A stretch of DNA of 59,839 nt, counting the filler. It is 6 parts of 6 records of this genome, joined end to end, with 100 filler letters (N's around TTAATTAATTAA, not from the genome) between each part and the next. Parts side by side here need not be neighbours in the genome. Positions count along the whole stretch, not along the records: positions 25,516 to 32,443 come from SRR2962707_2117; positions 32,544 to 43,359 come from SRR2962707_2122; 4 more parts are not named here. One strand, 5' to 3'. Positions 28,980 to 39,396 of this stretch are shown one piece after another. A program made the translations under genes and the position numbers. The notes beneath the pieces are model-generated. The model was not told the origin of the DNA. It searched no databases and worked only from the letters and a program-made list of their open reading frames with translations. Position 1 is the first letter of the stretch; every line of letters starts with the position of its first letter.

Positions 28980-31900
28980 TCAACTCAAGTTGCTATTCAT
29001 CGTCCTCAGCAGCTCGCATACTTCGAAGGTACCACTCCAAGTCGACTTTTTTGGGGTCTTGCTTAGGAGATGGAACGCCATTCTCATATCCCTCCACGAA
29101 CCTGAAACAATGGCAGACCATGAAAAACAAAGTTGGGCGGCCGTAATTTCATTATACCATGAGGAGCAATGAGATAAATCGAGAAAGTTGCGCATCTTTG
29201 GCTGTGAGGTTGCACGGATATACACACCATCGGCCGTCCGAAAAAATCAATCGCGGCGATGCAGGGAAGGATGGGGATTTCATCTGCTCGGGCTGATTAT
29301 GGACGGGTGCGTTGCGTGTCGGGGTTGAAAGCGCAGATCTTTCAACCACCTCGGATTCCGCGAGTGTCGACTCTGGAGTGTACTGCATGATGTCATCAAC
29401 ATCAACACTGCCTGTAATGAACCCACTTTCCCATGGCGTCGGTTCCGCTGCTTGAGCGGCAAACTCGGCAGCAAATTCATCGAAATCACTCAGCGAATCG
29501 TCTTCGTTGATGGCAAGGCTGGGGCCATTCGTTTCGCCGTCACCAACCAAGGCGTGATTCGTTGGAGCATTTTGGTCGCTTGGCCTGTCATTGGTGTTCC
29601 GTTCGGCAGAACTGTCCCCTTCGAAGCGGGCATAGTCTGGACATTCGCCAACGTTCGGGATTATTGTATTGGGCACTTGCGGTACGTGCGGGACCTGAAC
29701 GTCATCTCTGGTAGATAAACCATAGGGAGTCAAATTGGGTAGCGGGCGAGCTTTTGGTGTTGTTGGTTCGATCCTTTCCCCACGTATTTCTGTGCTGGTC
29801 TTGCGCTCTTTCGAATCGTGAGGCAGACACTCATCGGATGTCTCATTTCTGTGCGCGGTTGCTTCCGATAGTGCTTCTCGAAGCCCATTTCGTTCATGAG
29901 AAACATAGTCGCCGTCACCACGAAGTTTCGGATCATGTTGCCACGCATATATAGGCGCTGCAGGGCTACCTGTTTGTTTTGATCGTGTGGTCTGCTCATT
30001 CTGAGCAGGAACTCTTGCAACAGCATGATCTTGGTCACGTTCTTGCCGTGCTTTTGTCACTTGTGGGATTTTGCCAGCTTGAGCAAGCAACCTTTCATTT
30101 GCTTTGCGCAGGGCTGCTTTGCGGCGAAATCGTTTCAAGCGTTCATCGCGTTTGTGAAAGCGTTTGCGCTGAGCCTCTTCGGCCTCGGTCTCCTCTTCCT
30201 TCACACGAGTGTTCCTCACCTGCCTTGCTCTCTGAGCCGCTAAGCGTCGGGCTGCCTCAATACGAGCAGCTTCGTCTATTTCTGGGTCAGCATCGGGGAT
30301 GGAATTTGATTGTGGAACTTGTTGTTCTTGATGAACTTTCTCAACTATACCACTCTTTTTCTGTCGGTGTTGCCGGGATGGCCGGGGTGCTTGCACGCCT
30401 TTGGCACGGTGTTTACTCAAATCCCCACCTTCAGCGCTTGACTCCCTCCGGCGTTGGCCGTACTCATTTGATATACTCCTGCGACACATGGTTGTTCGTG
30501 CCTGTGGACCGTTTGCCGCAAGTTGTTGCTGATCGTTGCGACGACGTTGAGCGGCTGCTTCCCTTTTTCGTCGAGCGACTTCGGACAAGTCTTTGAGCCT
30601 TGCTGCAGTTTGAGCCTTTGTCTCTGCAATTTGCTGCTTGGTGTGGTCGCGTTGGGTTGCGCGGCGATGTTGGCGTACCTGCCAAGAATTAGAATTTTTT
30701 GCCCGACCAGAAAAAATGACAATCTTGCCGGACGCGTGGCAACGTTGCACTTGCGGTATGCGATGCAGACCATACATCAAAGTGATTTGCCACGTACGCG
30801 CTCCTTGGCTTTCTCTCTCGCTGTTTTAGGTGTTGGTGCGGTAGCACGACAGCCATGGCCAAAGTGTTGAAGTGGTGGTGATTGGTCGATAGCGGCTTGA
30901 GCTGGCGCTTCTTCATCGTCCGAGCTAGTGCTGGAACCTTCACGCAAGTCGAGCGACACATGAAGTGCTGGGGACTTTGTTTCCACAATCCGCTTGCTAG
31001 ACAATTTCACTGGCTCAAACGAAGAGCTGTGGCCGTGAAAAGTCTCGCGCATTGGTGTGACTGTGCCAGGGCGTTTTTGGAACGGTTCGTTGTTCGCTAC
31101 ACGGCCTCGATAGTGCTTTAACCCACCAACGTGCGCTTCTGACTTTGGCTCATTGTCGTGGCTTGGTGACGTTTGCAGCGCGGCGAGCCGTTGTTGGTAT
31201 CTACGATGTTCCTCATCCTGTTTATGCTGCTGCAAAAGTTTCAGTTGTTCTTTTTGTCGCTGAAGTTTTGCTTTGAGAAACTCCCTGTTCAGCACCTCTG
31301 ACTAATCAAACAAGCGCGAGGACGCGATGCAAAACCATGCAAAATGATCACAAGCCGTTGAACTGACTCTGCTCCTCCCATTTGCCGCGAAGAAATGCCT
31401 GCACCCAGACAGAATGAACAAGGACTTACCAATCGCTGCTGTTCGTCTTGAAGGTAGTCTTGGAGCGCGCGCACTCTTGGGACCGGTTGCGGTACTTGGG
31501 AGACTGATGGATTCGAAATGTTGCTGTGCGCCCATCGATCACTTGCTCTCAATTGCTGCGCTGAAACGCGAACATTCTGCGTGCCGCGTTGAGATTGGGT
31601 TGACCATTCAAAATCCGTCGATGCCTTTTCAGGTGAAGTGAATTGACTGTTGTTCGTTGACTGATGCAAATGAAAACGATTGCTTGGCTGTTGCCGCGTC
31701 GCATGCTGGTTGGTCCCACCCATCGAAGCATCCGGACCGCTTGTGGGCGCTGTCGCTTGGGCCTTCATTGGGGTACCGATGCTGCGAATGCTTGACCCGA
31801 GACTCTCCAGCAGAGCCGCAACGCTTTTGAATCCCTGCCCAATCCCATCGGTCGACGCTCCTCCAATCACTCTCTCCGAATGATTTGAAAAGTGAAGTTG

Positions 31901-32275
31901 CTCGTCGAATGTGGCGGAAGTGTTGTTGCTGGTCGCTCTTCTGCTGCGCGTGCTGTTGGGCGTGGACCTCGCAAGGTCCTCGATTTTAGCCGACGTGCAC
32001 TTGTTGACAAAAGCCCGCACGCTGGAGCAGAACAGCGCGATTTCTGCAGACGAAATGCGACTCGAAGAGCCCAGCATTTCGAAAGATGGGGCTGGAACCT
32101 GGCGCAACGACTGAGACAACGGCCACGACAGCCGCGCCTGCTTGTCTCGCACCTCGTCGACAAGCACGTTGAAGTAAGTCCGCGCTCTGGCCACCTCAGC
32201 CCGACGCTGCGCGTCGTCGGGAAGCAGCATCGCTCGCACGAGCTTTCGTCTCAAAACGTCTACTCTCTCGAGCAT
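28980..32275 (-). CDS. Multi-exon eukaryotic coiled-coil/low-complexity protein of unknown function
   Basis: Consecutive long minus ORFs 31289-32275, 30777-31295 and 29152-30780 with R/E/Q/K-rich helices; putative donors near ORF ends; no recognisable domain. Confidence 0.55.
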
Positions 32276-32443
32276 GTTGTTGTTGTTTTTGTTGTTGCGC
32301 GCACGTACCTGCTACTTTTTCAGGGAGCTGGCCATGGGCGGGTGCTTGTCGCTGCCGCTGCTCGGGAATAGGCAGCAGGAAGCACAAGACCTTGGAAAAA
32401 GAACAGAACGTGAAGAAAAACGGAAACCCCAAACTCAACACAC

Positions 32444-32543
32444 NNNNNNNNNNNNNNNNNNNNNNNNNNNNNNNNNNNNNNNNNNNNTTAATTAATTAAN
32501 NNNNNNNNNNNNNNNNNNNNNNNNNNNNNNNNNNNNNNNNNNN
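32444..32543. other. Artificial contig spacer
   Basis: 44 N + TTAATTAATTAA + 44 N. Confidence 0.98.
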
Positions 32544-33983
32544 CGCCGCGTTCAGTGCCAGCAGGTTGGTCTGTTCAGCAATCCCCTGAATTACCTCGAG
32601 AACCGAGGTAATGTCGGTAACGTCCTTGCCGAGTTTATCGATGACTTCCGCAGCGGCGTTAATCTCTTTTGACAATTTCTGTACTGCATCCCGGGAAGCG
32701 GCAACGGTTTCAAGGGAAGCACGGCTGTCTGCATCGGCGGTGTTGGAGGCATCCGCGGTCTGTTGGGCATTCTGTGCAATTTCCCCGGCAGCGGCAGACA
32801 TCTCATTGATGGCCGTGGCCACCATATCAATCTCGGCCTGCTGTTTTTCAACGCTGTCTCGGCTGGTGCTGGCGGTACCCCGCAGGGAGGACACGTTTTC
32901 GCCAAGCTCGGCGGTGCCTTGCTGGACGTCCCGGACCACATTCTGGATATTCTCAACAAAGCTGTTGAACTCCGCCGCGAGCTTGCCGAACTCGTCGTTG
33001 GCGCTATCGTCCAGGCGCTTGGTGAGGTCCGCCTCGCCACTGGCGATTGACGCCATGGCGGCATTAAGCTTACGAACGGGAGCCATCAGCACGCGGATAC
33101 CAAAACGCAGGATCACCAGGGACACCAACAAGCCAATTACTGCGATGATCAGCCCGGTTACGCGAGCGGCGTGGACCGGCGCATTGATTTTGTCCTCGTT
33201 GATAAAAGTGCCGAGATACCACTCAACACCACGGGCACCTTTGATGCGATGGAAACCGGCAGTCCAACTGGCATCTCCGGTGTCATATTCGTGAATTTCA
33301 CCGCTGAGCCGAGGGGATTCTCCCAAAAGATTACTGATCTTCTTGCCAACCAGTTTCTGGTCCGGGTGAAACAACACGGTGCCGTCGTCACTGATCAGGG
33401 CCGCATAGCCAGTGTTGGCCAGCGTAATCGTGGAGAGCGTCTGTTCTATGGTCTTCAGGGCAATATCACCACCGACAACACCCTGGTAGGCCCCACGTTT
33501 GACCGGTGCCAGCGTGGAAATGATGGTGCCTCCAGTGCCCGCGTCCACGTAGGGTTCGGTGAACGACGCTGAGCCCTTTTGTTTCGCCTGTTTGAACCAG
33601 GGCCGCGTGCGTGGGTCGAAATCCGCAGGCAGCGTGGCTTCTGAGGCATCGTCCTTCATCAGCATATAGCCATCATCACGGCCAACATAGACGTCAATGA
33701 ACCCGCCACCGGTTGTCGCAGCGGCCAGGATAACCCTCGCCTCGGCATCGGTTTCCACCGACTCCAGCGCTTTTGCCGTTGCTTCGGTCATGGCAAGACG
33801 GGTGTTGAGCCAATCCGCAATGCTGGACGTACTCTGCGCCACGGTGTCTTCAATCAGTGCATCAACATAGGTATCCGTAGTCTCCTGTAACCGGAGGTTG
33901 CCGCTGAGCGTAAACGCCCCCATAACAAGTAAAAGCAAAATACCAAAGGCGACGAGCAACTTCTGGCCGAAACTCAGGTTCAT
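32544..33983 (-). CDS. Methyl-accepting chemotaxis protein with dCache sensor, 3'-truncated
   Basis: TM1, FDPRTRPWF / EPYVDA dCache motifs, TM2, HAMP, IAEQTNLLALNAA. Confidence 0.95.
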
Positions 33984-34079
33984 TTTCCGGGTCCTTTTCG
34001 AGACAGTCTATTCGGGGGGTCAGTCAAACAGCCTATCGGCTGTCTATCATTCATAAACTGGTTTTCGGCGTGTGCTGCA

Positions 34080-34151
34080 AAGTCTTTAACTTTATGTGAT
34101 AAGAAGTCTTTAGCTTTAGGTGATAAGAAGTCTTTAGCGCTCTCTGATAAA
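34080..34151. repeat. Three imperfect 24-bp tandem direct repeats in a divergent promoter
   Basis: aagtctttaactttatgtgataag / aagtctttagctttaggtgataag / aagtctttagcgctctctgataaa. Confidence 0.9.
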
Positions 34152-34210
34152 ATACCGAAGCAATCGACAATTCTTGCCGTCATTTCCACACCCAACGGGA
34201 GCTGCCGTAT

Positions 34211-35758
34211 ATGGCCCACGAAGAACTGCACCTCAACCTTCGTAACCTGACCAGTGATGATTACCCACAGCTCCAGCGACTGATGGACAGGGTCTACGAC
34301 GATATTGGCGGTGCCTGGCCAGAGGACACGATCGAAGCTCTGGTGCAACAGTTTCCGGATGGTCAGATCTGTATCGAAGAGTCCGGTGACCTGGTGGCCG
34401 TAGCCCTCACGGTGTGCGTCAAGTATGAGCGATTCAGCAATCCGCACACCTACGACGACCTGATCCTGCGCAATGAAAAGATCTGGCACAACGCCAAAGG
34501 CGACTCGCTTTACGGCCTCGATGTGTTTATCCACCCGGATTATCGCGGCTACCGCCTTGGCCGGCGGCTTTATGAAGCTCGCAAAGAACTCTGCCGATCC
34601 ATGAACCTGCGCGCCATCCTGGCGGGTGGCCGCATCCCCGGATATCACAAGTATTCAGACCAGCACTCTCCGGAAGAATACATCCAGCGTGTGGATCGCA
34701 AGGACATCTACGACCCGATCCTCAGCTTTCAGCTGTCCAACGACTTCCAGGTCACCCGGCTGATGCACAAGTACCTGCCGGAAGACGAGAAATCCCTGGG
34801 CTACGCCACTCTGCTGGAATGGCGGAACATCCTCTATACACCGCCGTCGCCGGTGCTTAACGTCAAGAAGACTCAAGTACGCCTGGGTGCCGTTCAGTGG
34901 CAAATGCGTGAATTTACCTCTGTTGAGGAAGTGCTGGAACAGGTGGAGTACTTCGTGGATGCGCTCTCGGATTACAAGAGCGATTTCGCCCTGTTTCCAG
35001 AATTTTTCAACGCACCGCTGATGGGCCTGACGGACCAGGTGGACCAGACACGAGCCATTCGCTTTCTGGCAGGCTTTACCGAGCAATTCCGCAATCAGAT
35101 GTCGGAAATGGCGGTCAGTTACAACATCAACATCATTACCGGCTCGATGCCCCTGCTCGAAAATGATCGGGTCTACAACGTGTCCTATCTGTGCCACCGC
35201 GACGGCCGCGTCGACGAGCAGCGCAAGATTCATATCACGCCCCACGAACGCCGTGACTGGGTCATCGAAGGCGGTGAGAAGTTCCAGGTGTTCGACACCG
35301 ACGCCGGCCGCGTGGCCATCATGATCTGTTACGACATCGAGTTCCCGGAACTGGGGCGCCTGGCGGCCATCGAAGAGGTGGATATTATTATGGTGCCCTT
35401 CTGGACGGACACCAAGAACGGATACCTTCGGGTGCGGCACTGTGCGCAGGCACGGGCGATTGAAAACGAGTGCTATGTCGTGATCACCGGTAGTGTGGGC
35501 AACCTTCCCAAGGTTGAGAACCTGGACGTGCAGTACGCCCAGTCTTCCGTATTCTCACCGTCGGACTTTGCGTTCCCCCACGATGCGGTGATGGCGGAAA
35601 CCACACCGAATACGGAAATGATCATGTTTTCAGATATGGATCTGGAAAAGCTGAAGCTGGTGCGCAATGAAGGCTCGGTGACCAACCTGAAAGACCGGCG
35701 CACGGATATTTACGAGCTCAACACGCTACAAACGGGCCAAAATGATAAAAACAGTTGA
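34211..35758 (+). CDS. GNAT acetyltransferase / carbon-nitrogen hydrolase (nitrilase superfamily) fusion
   Basis: N-terminal VFIHPDYRGYRLGRRL acetyl-CoA motif; C-terminal catalytic triad FPEF (E), QRKIH (K), ICYD (C). Confidence 0.9.
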   Translation: MAHEELHLNLRNLTSDDYPQLQRLMDRVYDDIGGAWPEDTIEALVQQFPDGQICIEESGDLVAVALTVCVKYERFSNPHTYDDLILRNEKIWHNAKGDSLYGLDVFIHPDYRGYRLGRRLYEARKELCRSMNLRAILAGGRIPGYHKYSDQHSPEEYIQRVDRKDIYDPILSFQLSNDFQVTRLMHKYLPEDEKSLGYATLLEWRNILYTPPSPVLNVKKTQVRLGAVQWQMREFTSVEEVLEQVEYFVDALSDYKSDFALFPEFFNAPLMGLTDQVDQTRAIRFLAGFTEQFRNQMSEMAVSYNINIITGSMPLLENDRVYNVSYLCHRDGRVDEQRKIHITPHERRDWVIEGGEKFQVFDTDAGRVAIMICYDIEFPELGRLAAIEEVDIIMVPFWTDTKNGYLRVRHCAQARAIENECYVVITGSVGNLPKVENLDVQYAQSSVFSPSDFAFPHDAVMAETTPNTEMIMFSDMDLEKLKLVRNEGSVTNLKDRRTDIYELNTLQTGQNDKNS

Positions 35759-35903
35759 TGAACCGCCTGAGAGCTCTATCGTATGACACTGAACACGTTG
35801 CCAAACCAACAGAGTGTGGCTATTGTTTAACCATATACTTTCAGGAACACGCCCTCGGGGTGTCGTCCGGACCCCCTCGGGGTGCAAAAGAGATCACTTT
35901 TAG

Positions 35904-36302
35904 ATGAACGAAGCACTACCGGATCTTGTCGCACATTTTCACATCAAGCGTGGCCTCTTTCGCAGGGAGCGTGTACAGGCCGCGCTGTTCGAGCTGGATC
36001 ACTTCGGATGTGTGATGAAGACGGACAAGATATTTAACCCCGGTGATACGGTTATTCTGGATCTCGTGATGGAAATGCCGTTTGACGACATCAGGGCGGA
36101 TGGAATTACCGGCCTGGTAACGGAACGCAGGAAACACTGTAGCAATTTCTTCTATTCCGTTGATTTCGTAGAACTCAATGACAACTCCTCGTCTGCCCTG
36201 AGCGAAAAACTCAAGCGCATTCGTGAGGTGGTGCTCAAGAAGCAGACGCTAAAATCCAGACGTTCCTCAGGGCCCGCCTCCAGCATTCGGCAACTGGCCT
36301 GA
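35904..36302 (+). CDS. Hypothetical protein, PilZ-like beta-barrel
   Basis: ELDHFGC (D/NxSxxG-like), PGDTVILDL, YSVDF pattern; RxxxR loop not evident. Confidence 0.5.
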   Translation: MNEALPDLVAHFHIKRGLFRRERVQAALFELDHFGCVMKTDKIFNPGDTVILDLVMEMPFDDIRADGITGLVTERRKHCSNFFYSVDFVELNDNSSSALSEKLKRIREVVLKKQTLKSRRSSGPASSIRQLA

Positions 36303-36349
36303 ACTCACCAACGCCCCACATCAACTTGCACTTCAAGGAGAAAGTCCTC

Positions 36350-37120
36350 ATGGCGAAGAAAGCCAACAAGCAAAGCGTTGATAAAGTCGTCAAGAAAGTG
36401 AACAAAGAGTTCGATAAAACGTCATCACAGATCGAAAAGCTGATCAACGACGCCCTCAAGCAGTTCGACAGCCTGCAGAACCAGATTCAGGAACCCGTCC
36501 GCAAACTGTTGAAGGAAGTGGATGAGCTTCGTGATCGTGAAATGAAACGTTTCAACGAAGAATTTGAACGTCGCTTGGGTGAATTCCACGATTTGCAAAA
36601 CAATATCCTGGACCGCCTTGGTATTGCCAGCAAGGAAGCCAGCGATGATGCGAAGAAGGTCGCAGGCCAGGCCGCCAAGAAGGCCAGCCCTGCTGCCAAA
36701 GGCAAGTCAGCTCCGAAAAAATCCACCGCCAGTAAGACAGCGGCCAAAAAACCGGTCGCCAAGAAGCCCGCCACACCAAAAGCGGCAACTGCAAAGAAAG
36801 CCGCCAAACCCAAGGCGAGCACCGCCGCCAAAAGTCCGGCCGCAGCCACTAAAGCCGCTCCCAAGAAAGCCGCCACGGCCGCGCGGAAGCCAGCGGCAAA
36901 GCCGGCTGCAGCAACACGCGCTCCAAAGCCGAAGGACAAGAGCGACCTGACCCAGGTTAAAGGTATTGGGCCGGCCACCGCCCGCAAAATGAAGGAAGCC
37001 GGTATCACCTCGGTTGATCAGATCGCCAATCCGTCTGACGCGGACAAAGAAAAGCTTCAGGCATTTTCAAGCGTGAAAGGCTTTAACACCTTCAGCGACG
37101 AAGCCAAGAAAGTTATTTAA
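36350..37120 (+). CDS. Coiled-coil + K/A/P-rich histone-H1-like + helix-hairpin-helix protein
   Basis: ATG 36350 after AAGGAG; amphipathic N-terminus, AAKKP-like repeats, DLTQVKGIGPATARKM HhH motif. Confidence 0.75.
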   Translation: MAKKANKQSVDKVVKKVNKEFDKTSSQIEKLINDALKQFDSLQNQIQEPVRKLLKEVDELRDREMKRFNEEFERRLGEFHDLQNNILDRLGIASKEASDDAKKVAGQAAKKASPAAKGKSAPKKSTASKTAAKKPVAKKPATPKAATAKKAAKPKASTAAKSPAAATKAAPKKAATAARKPAAKPAAATRAPKPKDKSDLTQVKGIGPATARKMKEAGITSVDQIANPSDADKEKLQAFSSVKGFNTFSDEAKKVI

Positions 37121-39396
37121 TGCAACAATCCGAACAGCCTGTTTTACGGGACATTGTCCTGATTGGCGGCGGACACAGCCACGTAGGCGTTCTCAAGCGC
37201 TTTGCCATGAACCCAGTGCCTGGTGTCCGCCTTACCCTCATCTGCAGGGATACCCATACACCCTACTCCGGAATGCTTCCCGGGTATGTGGCTGGGCATT
37301 ATTCCTACGACGACGTCCATATAGACCTCAGCAAACTGGCCGAGTTCGCGGGCGCGCGCTTCTACCGCGATGAAGTTGTTGGCATCGACCGCCATCGAAG
37401 ACGTGTGGTCTGCCGCTCCCGACCGGACGTGCCTTACGACATTCTGTCGGTGAATATCGGGTCCGCTCCCAAGGTCGGTGACGTCAGCGGCGCAACTGAA
37501 CATGCAGTGCCCGTCAAGCCTATCAACGGATTCAACAATCGCTGGCTGTCATTATTGTCGCGGCTGGAAAACCATGACGGCCCGATGACCGTTGCTGTGG
37601 TCGGCGCAGGTGCAGGTGGCGTTGAACTCACACTGGCCATGCAGTTCCGGCTACGAAATGAGCTCGAAAAGCGCGGCCACGACCCGGACCAGTTGCACTT
37701 TCATCTGTTTGATGCAGACCAGCAGATCCTGCCTACCCACAACGCCAGGGTGCGTGCGGTATTCGCTGACACACTCGCAAGCCGTGGGGTGAAGGTTCAC
37801 CTGGGATCCGCAGTCTCAGAGGTCGAGGCCAATCGTTTGACCACGGAGTCCGGCGACACCCTGTCAGTTGACGAAGTGCTCTGGGTCACCCGTGCCGGCG
37901 GCCCCGAGTGGCTGCGGGATACCGGCCTGGCCCTGGACGACGGTGGCTTTATCCGGGTGACGGACACCCTGCAGACAGAAACCGACAACGATATCTTCGC
38001 GGCGGGTGACATTGCCAACGTTGTAAATCACCCCCGGGAAAAAGCCGGCGTATTTGCCGTTCGTCAGGGCCAGCCACTAGCGGACAACCTCCGCCGCCAT
38101 GCCCTCGGAAAGCCTGCGAAGCCATTCCGGCCGCAGAAAAAATGGATGGCGCTGATCAGTACCGGCGACAAATTCGCAGTGGCCTCCAGAGGTGACCTGT
38201 CATTGGCCGGTTCTTGGGTCTGGCGCTGGAAAAACAGCATTGATAGACGCTTCATGGCGAAATTCAATGATCTTCCCGCCATGGAAGAGAACGCCGCCCT
38301 GCCCGACACCGGCGCCGCACAAAACCCCGAGGAAGCGTCCCAGGCCATCTCCGCGGTGGCCATGCGTTGCGGTGGCTGCGGAGCCAAAGTCGGCAGTACC
38401 GTGCTGTCACGGGCCCTCGGCGAGCTGCGACCAATAGAGCGGGATGACATCCTGATTGGTCTACACGCCCCAGACGACGCCGCCGTACTGACCGTCCCAC
38501 CCGGAAAGGCGGTGGTTCACACCGTCGATTTCTTTCGCGCCTTTATTGACGACCCCTATGTGTTCGGCCGGGTTGCCGCCAATCACGCCCTGGGCGACGT
38601 GTTTGCCATGGGCGCCGAAGCTCAGAGTGCCACCGCCGTAGCGACCGTGCCCTACGGCATAGAGTCCAAGGTGGAAGACGTGGTTTACCAGATGATGTCC
38701 GGCGCCGTGGAAGTGCTGAATGAAGCTGGCTGCGCGTTGGTAGGCGGCCATACGGGTGAAGGCCGTGAGCTGGCACTGGGCTTTGCCGTCAACGGGTTGA
38801 TTGATCCGGATGACGTCATGAGCAAGGGCGGCCTGCGGGCCGGAGACGCTCTGCTGCTGACCAAGCCCATCGGTACCGGGACCCTGTTCGCTGCCCACGC
38901 CAAACTTGCCGCGAAAGGCCGCTGGATTGATTCTGCCCTGGCCTCAATGATGCAGTCCAACAAAGACGCGGCCCAGTGCCTGCGCCGATATGGTTCACGA
39001 GCCTGCACCGACGTAACGGGTTTTGGTTTGCTTGGCCATCTGGTTGAGATGACGCGCCCCTCTGGCGTTGATGCGGAGCTCGATCTCACGGCAATACCGA
39101 TTTTGCCTGGCGCTGAGGAAACTGCAGCAGCAGGTATCCTCAGCTCCTTGCAGCCGGCCAACATTCGTCTCCGGCGTGGTATTCGAGACCAGGAAAAGTG
39201 GGTCAACCATCCTCGCTACCCATTGATCTTCGACCCGCAGACCGCCGGCGGACTGCTGGCCAGCGTGCCCGCTGACCAGGCGGATGCCTGTATCAGTGAG
39301 CTGAAAGCAATGGGCTATCCCCACACTGCCATTATAGGGCGGGTGTTGCCGCAGGATGAGAGCGGCCCCATCGAGCCCATCACACTCAGGGATTGA
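37120..39396 (+). CDS. selD: Selenide,water dikinase fused to an N-terminal FAD/NAD-dependent oxidoreductase domain
   Basis: N-terminal IGGGHSH, YSGMLPG, VGAGAGGVEL, FAAGD; C-terminal MRCGGCGAKV, DDAA, TVDFF, GGHT, TKPIGTG, TDVTGFGLLGHL, DPQTAGGLL. Confidence 0.93.
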   Translation: MQQSEQPVLRDIVLIGGGHSHVGVLKRFAMNPVPGVRLTLICRDTHTPYSGMLPGYVAGHYSYDDVHIDLSKLAEFAGARFYRDEVVGIDRHRRRVVCRSRPDVPYDILSVNIGSAPKVGDVSGATEHAVPVKPINGFNNRWLSLLSRLENHDGPMTVAVVGAGAGGVELTLAMQFRLRNELEKRGHDPDQLHFHLFDADQQILPTHNARVRAVFADTLASRGVKVHLGSAVSEVEANRLTTESGDTLSVDEVLWVTRAGGPEWLRDTGLALDDGGFIRVTDTLQTETDNDIFAAGDIANVVNHPREKAGVFAVRQGQPLADNLRRHALGKPAKPFRPQKKWMALISTGDKFAVASRGDLSLAGSWVWRWKNSIDRRFMAKFNDLPAMEENAALPDTGAAQNPEEASQAISAVAMRCGGCGAKVGSTVLSRALGELRPIERDDILIGLHAPDDAAVLTVPPGKAVVHTVDFFRAFIDDPYVFGRVAANHALGDVFAMGAEAQSATAVATVPYGIESKVEDVVYQMMSGAVEVLNEAGCALVGGHTGEGRELALGFAVNGLIDPDDVMSKGGLRAGDALLLTKPIGTGTLFAAHAKLAAKGRWIDSALASMMQSNKDAAQCLRRYGSRACTDVTGFGLLGHLVEMTRPSGVDAELDLTAIPILPGAEETAAAGILSSLQPANIRLRRGIRDQEKWVNHPRYPLIFDPQTAGGLLASVPADQADACISELKAMGYPHTAIIGRVLPQDESGPIEPITLRD

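Noticed and set aside
34080-34151. Mini CRISPR array
   Set aside because: Units are contiguous with a 24-bp period, the variable part is only 8 nt, and no cas genes are present
38360-38395. Selenocysteine (UGA) recoding in selD
   Set aside because: Active-site codons are TGC (Cys) and the ORF is uninterrupted
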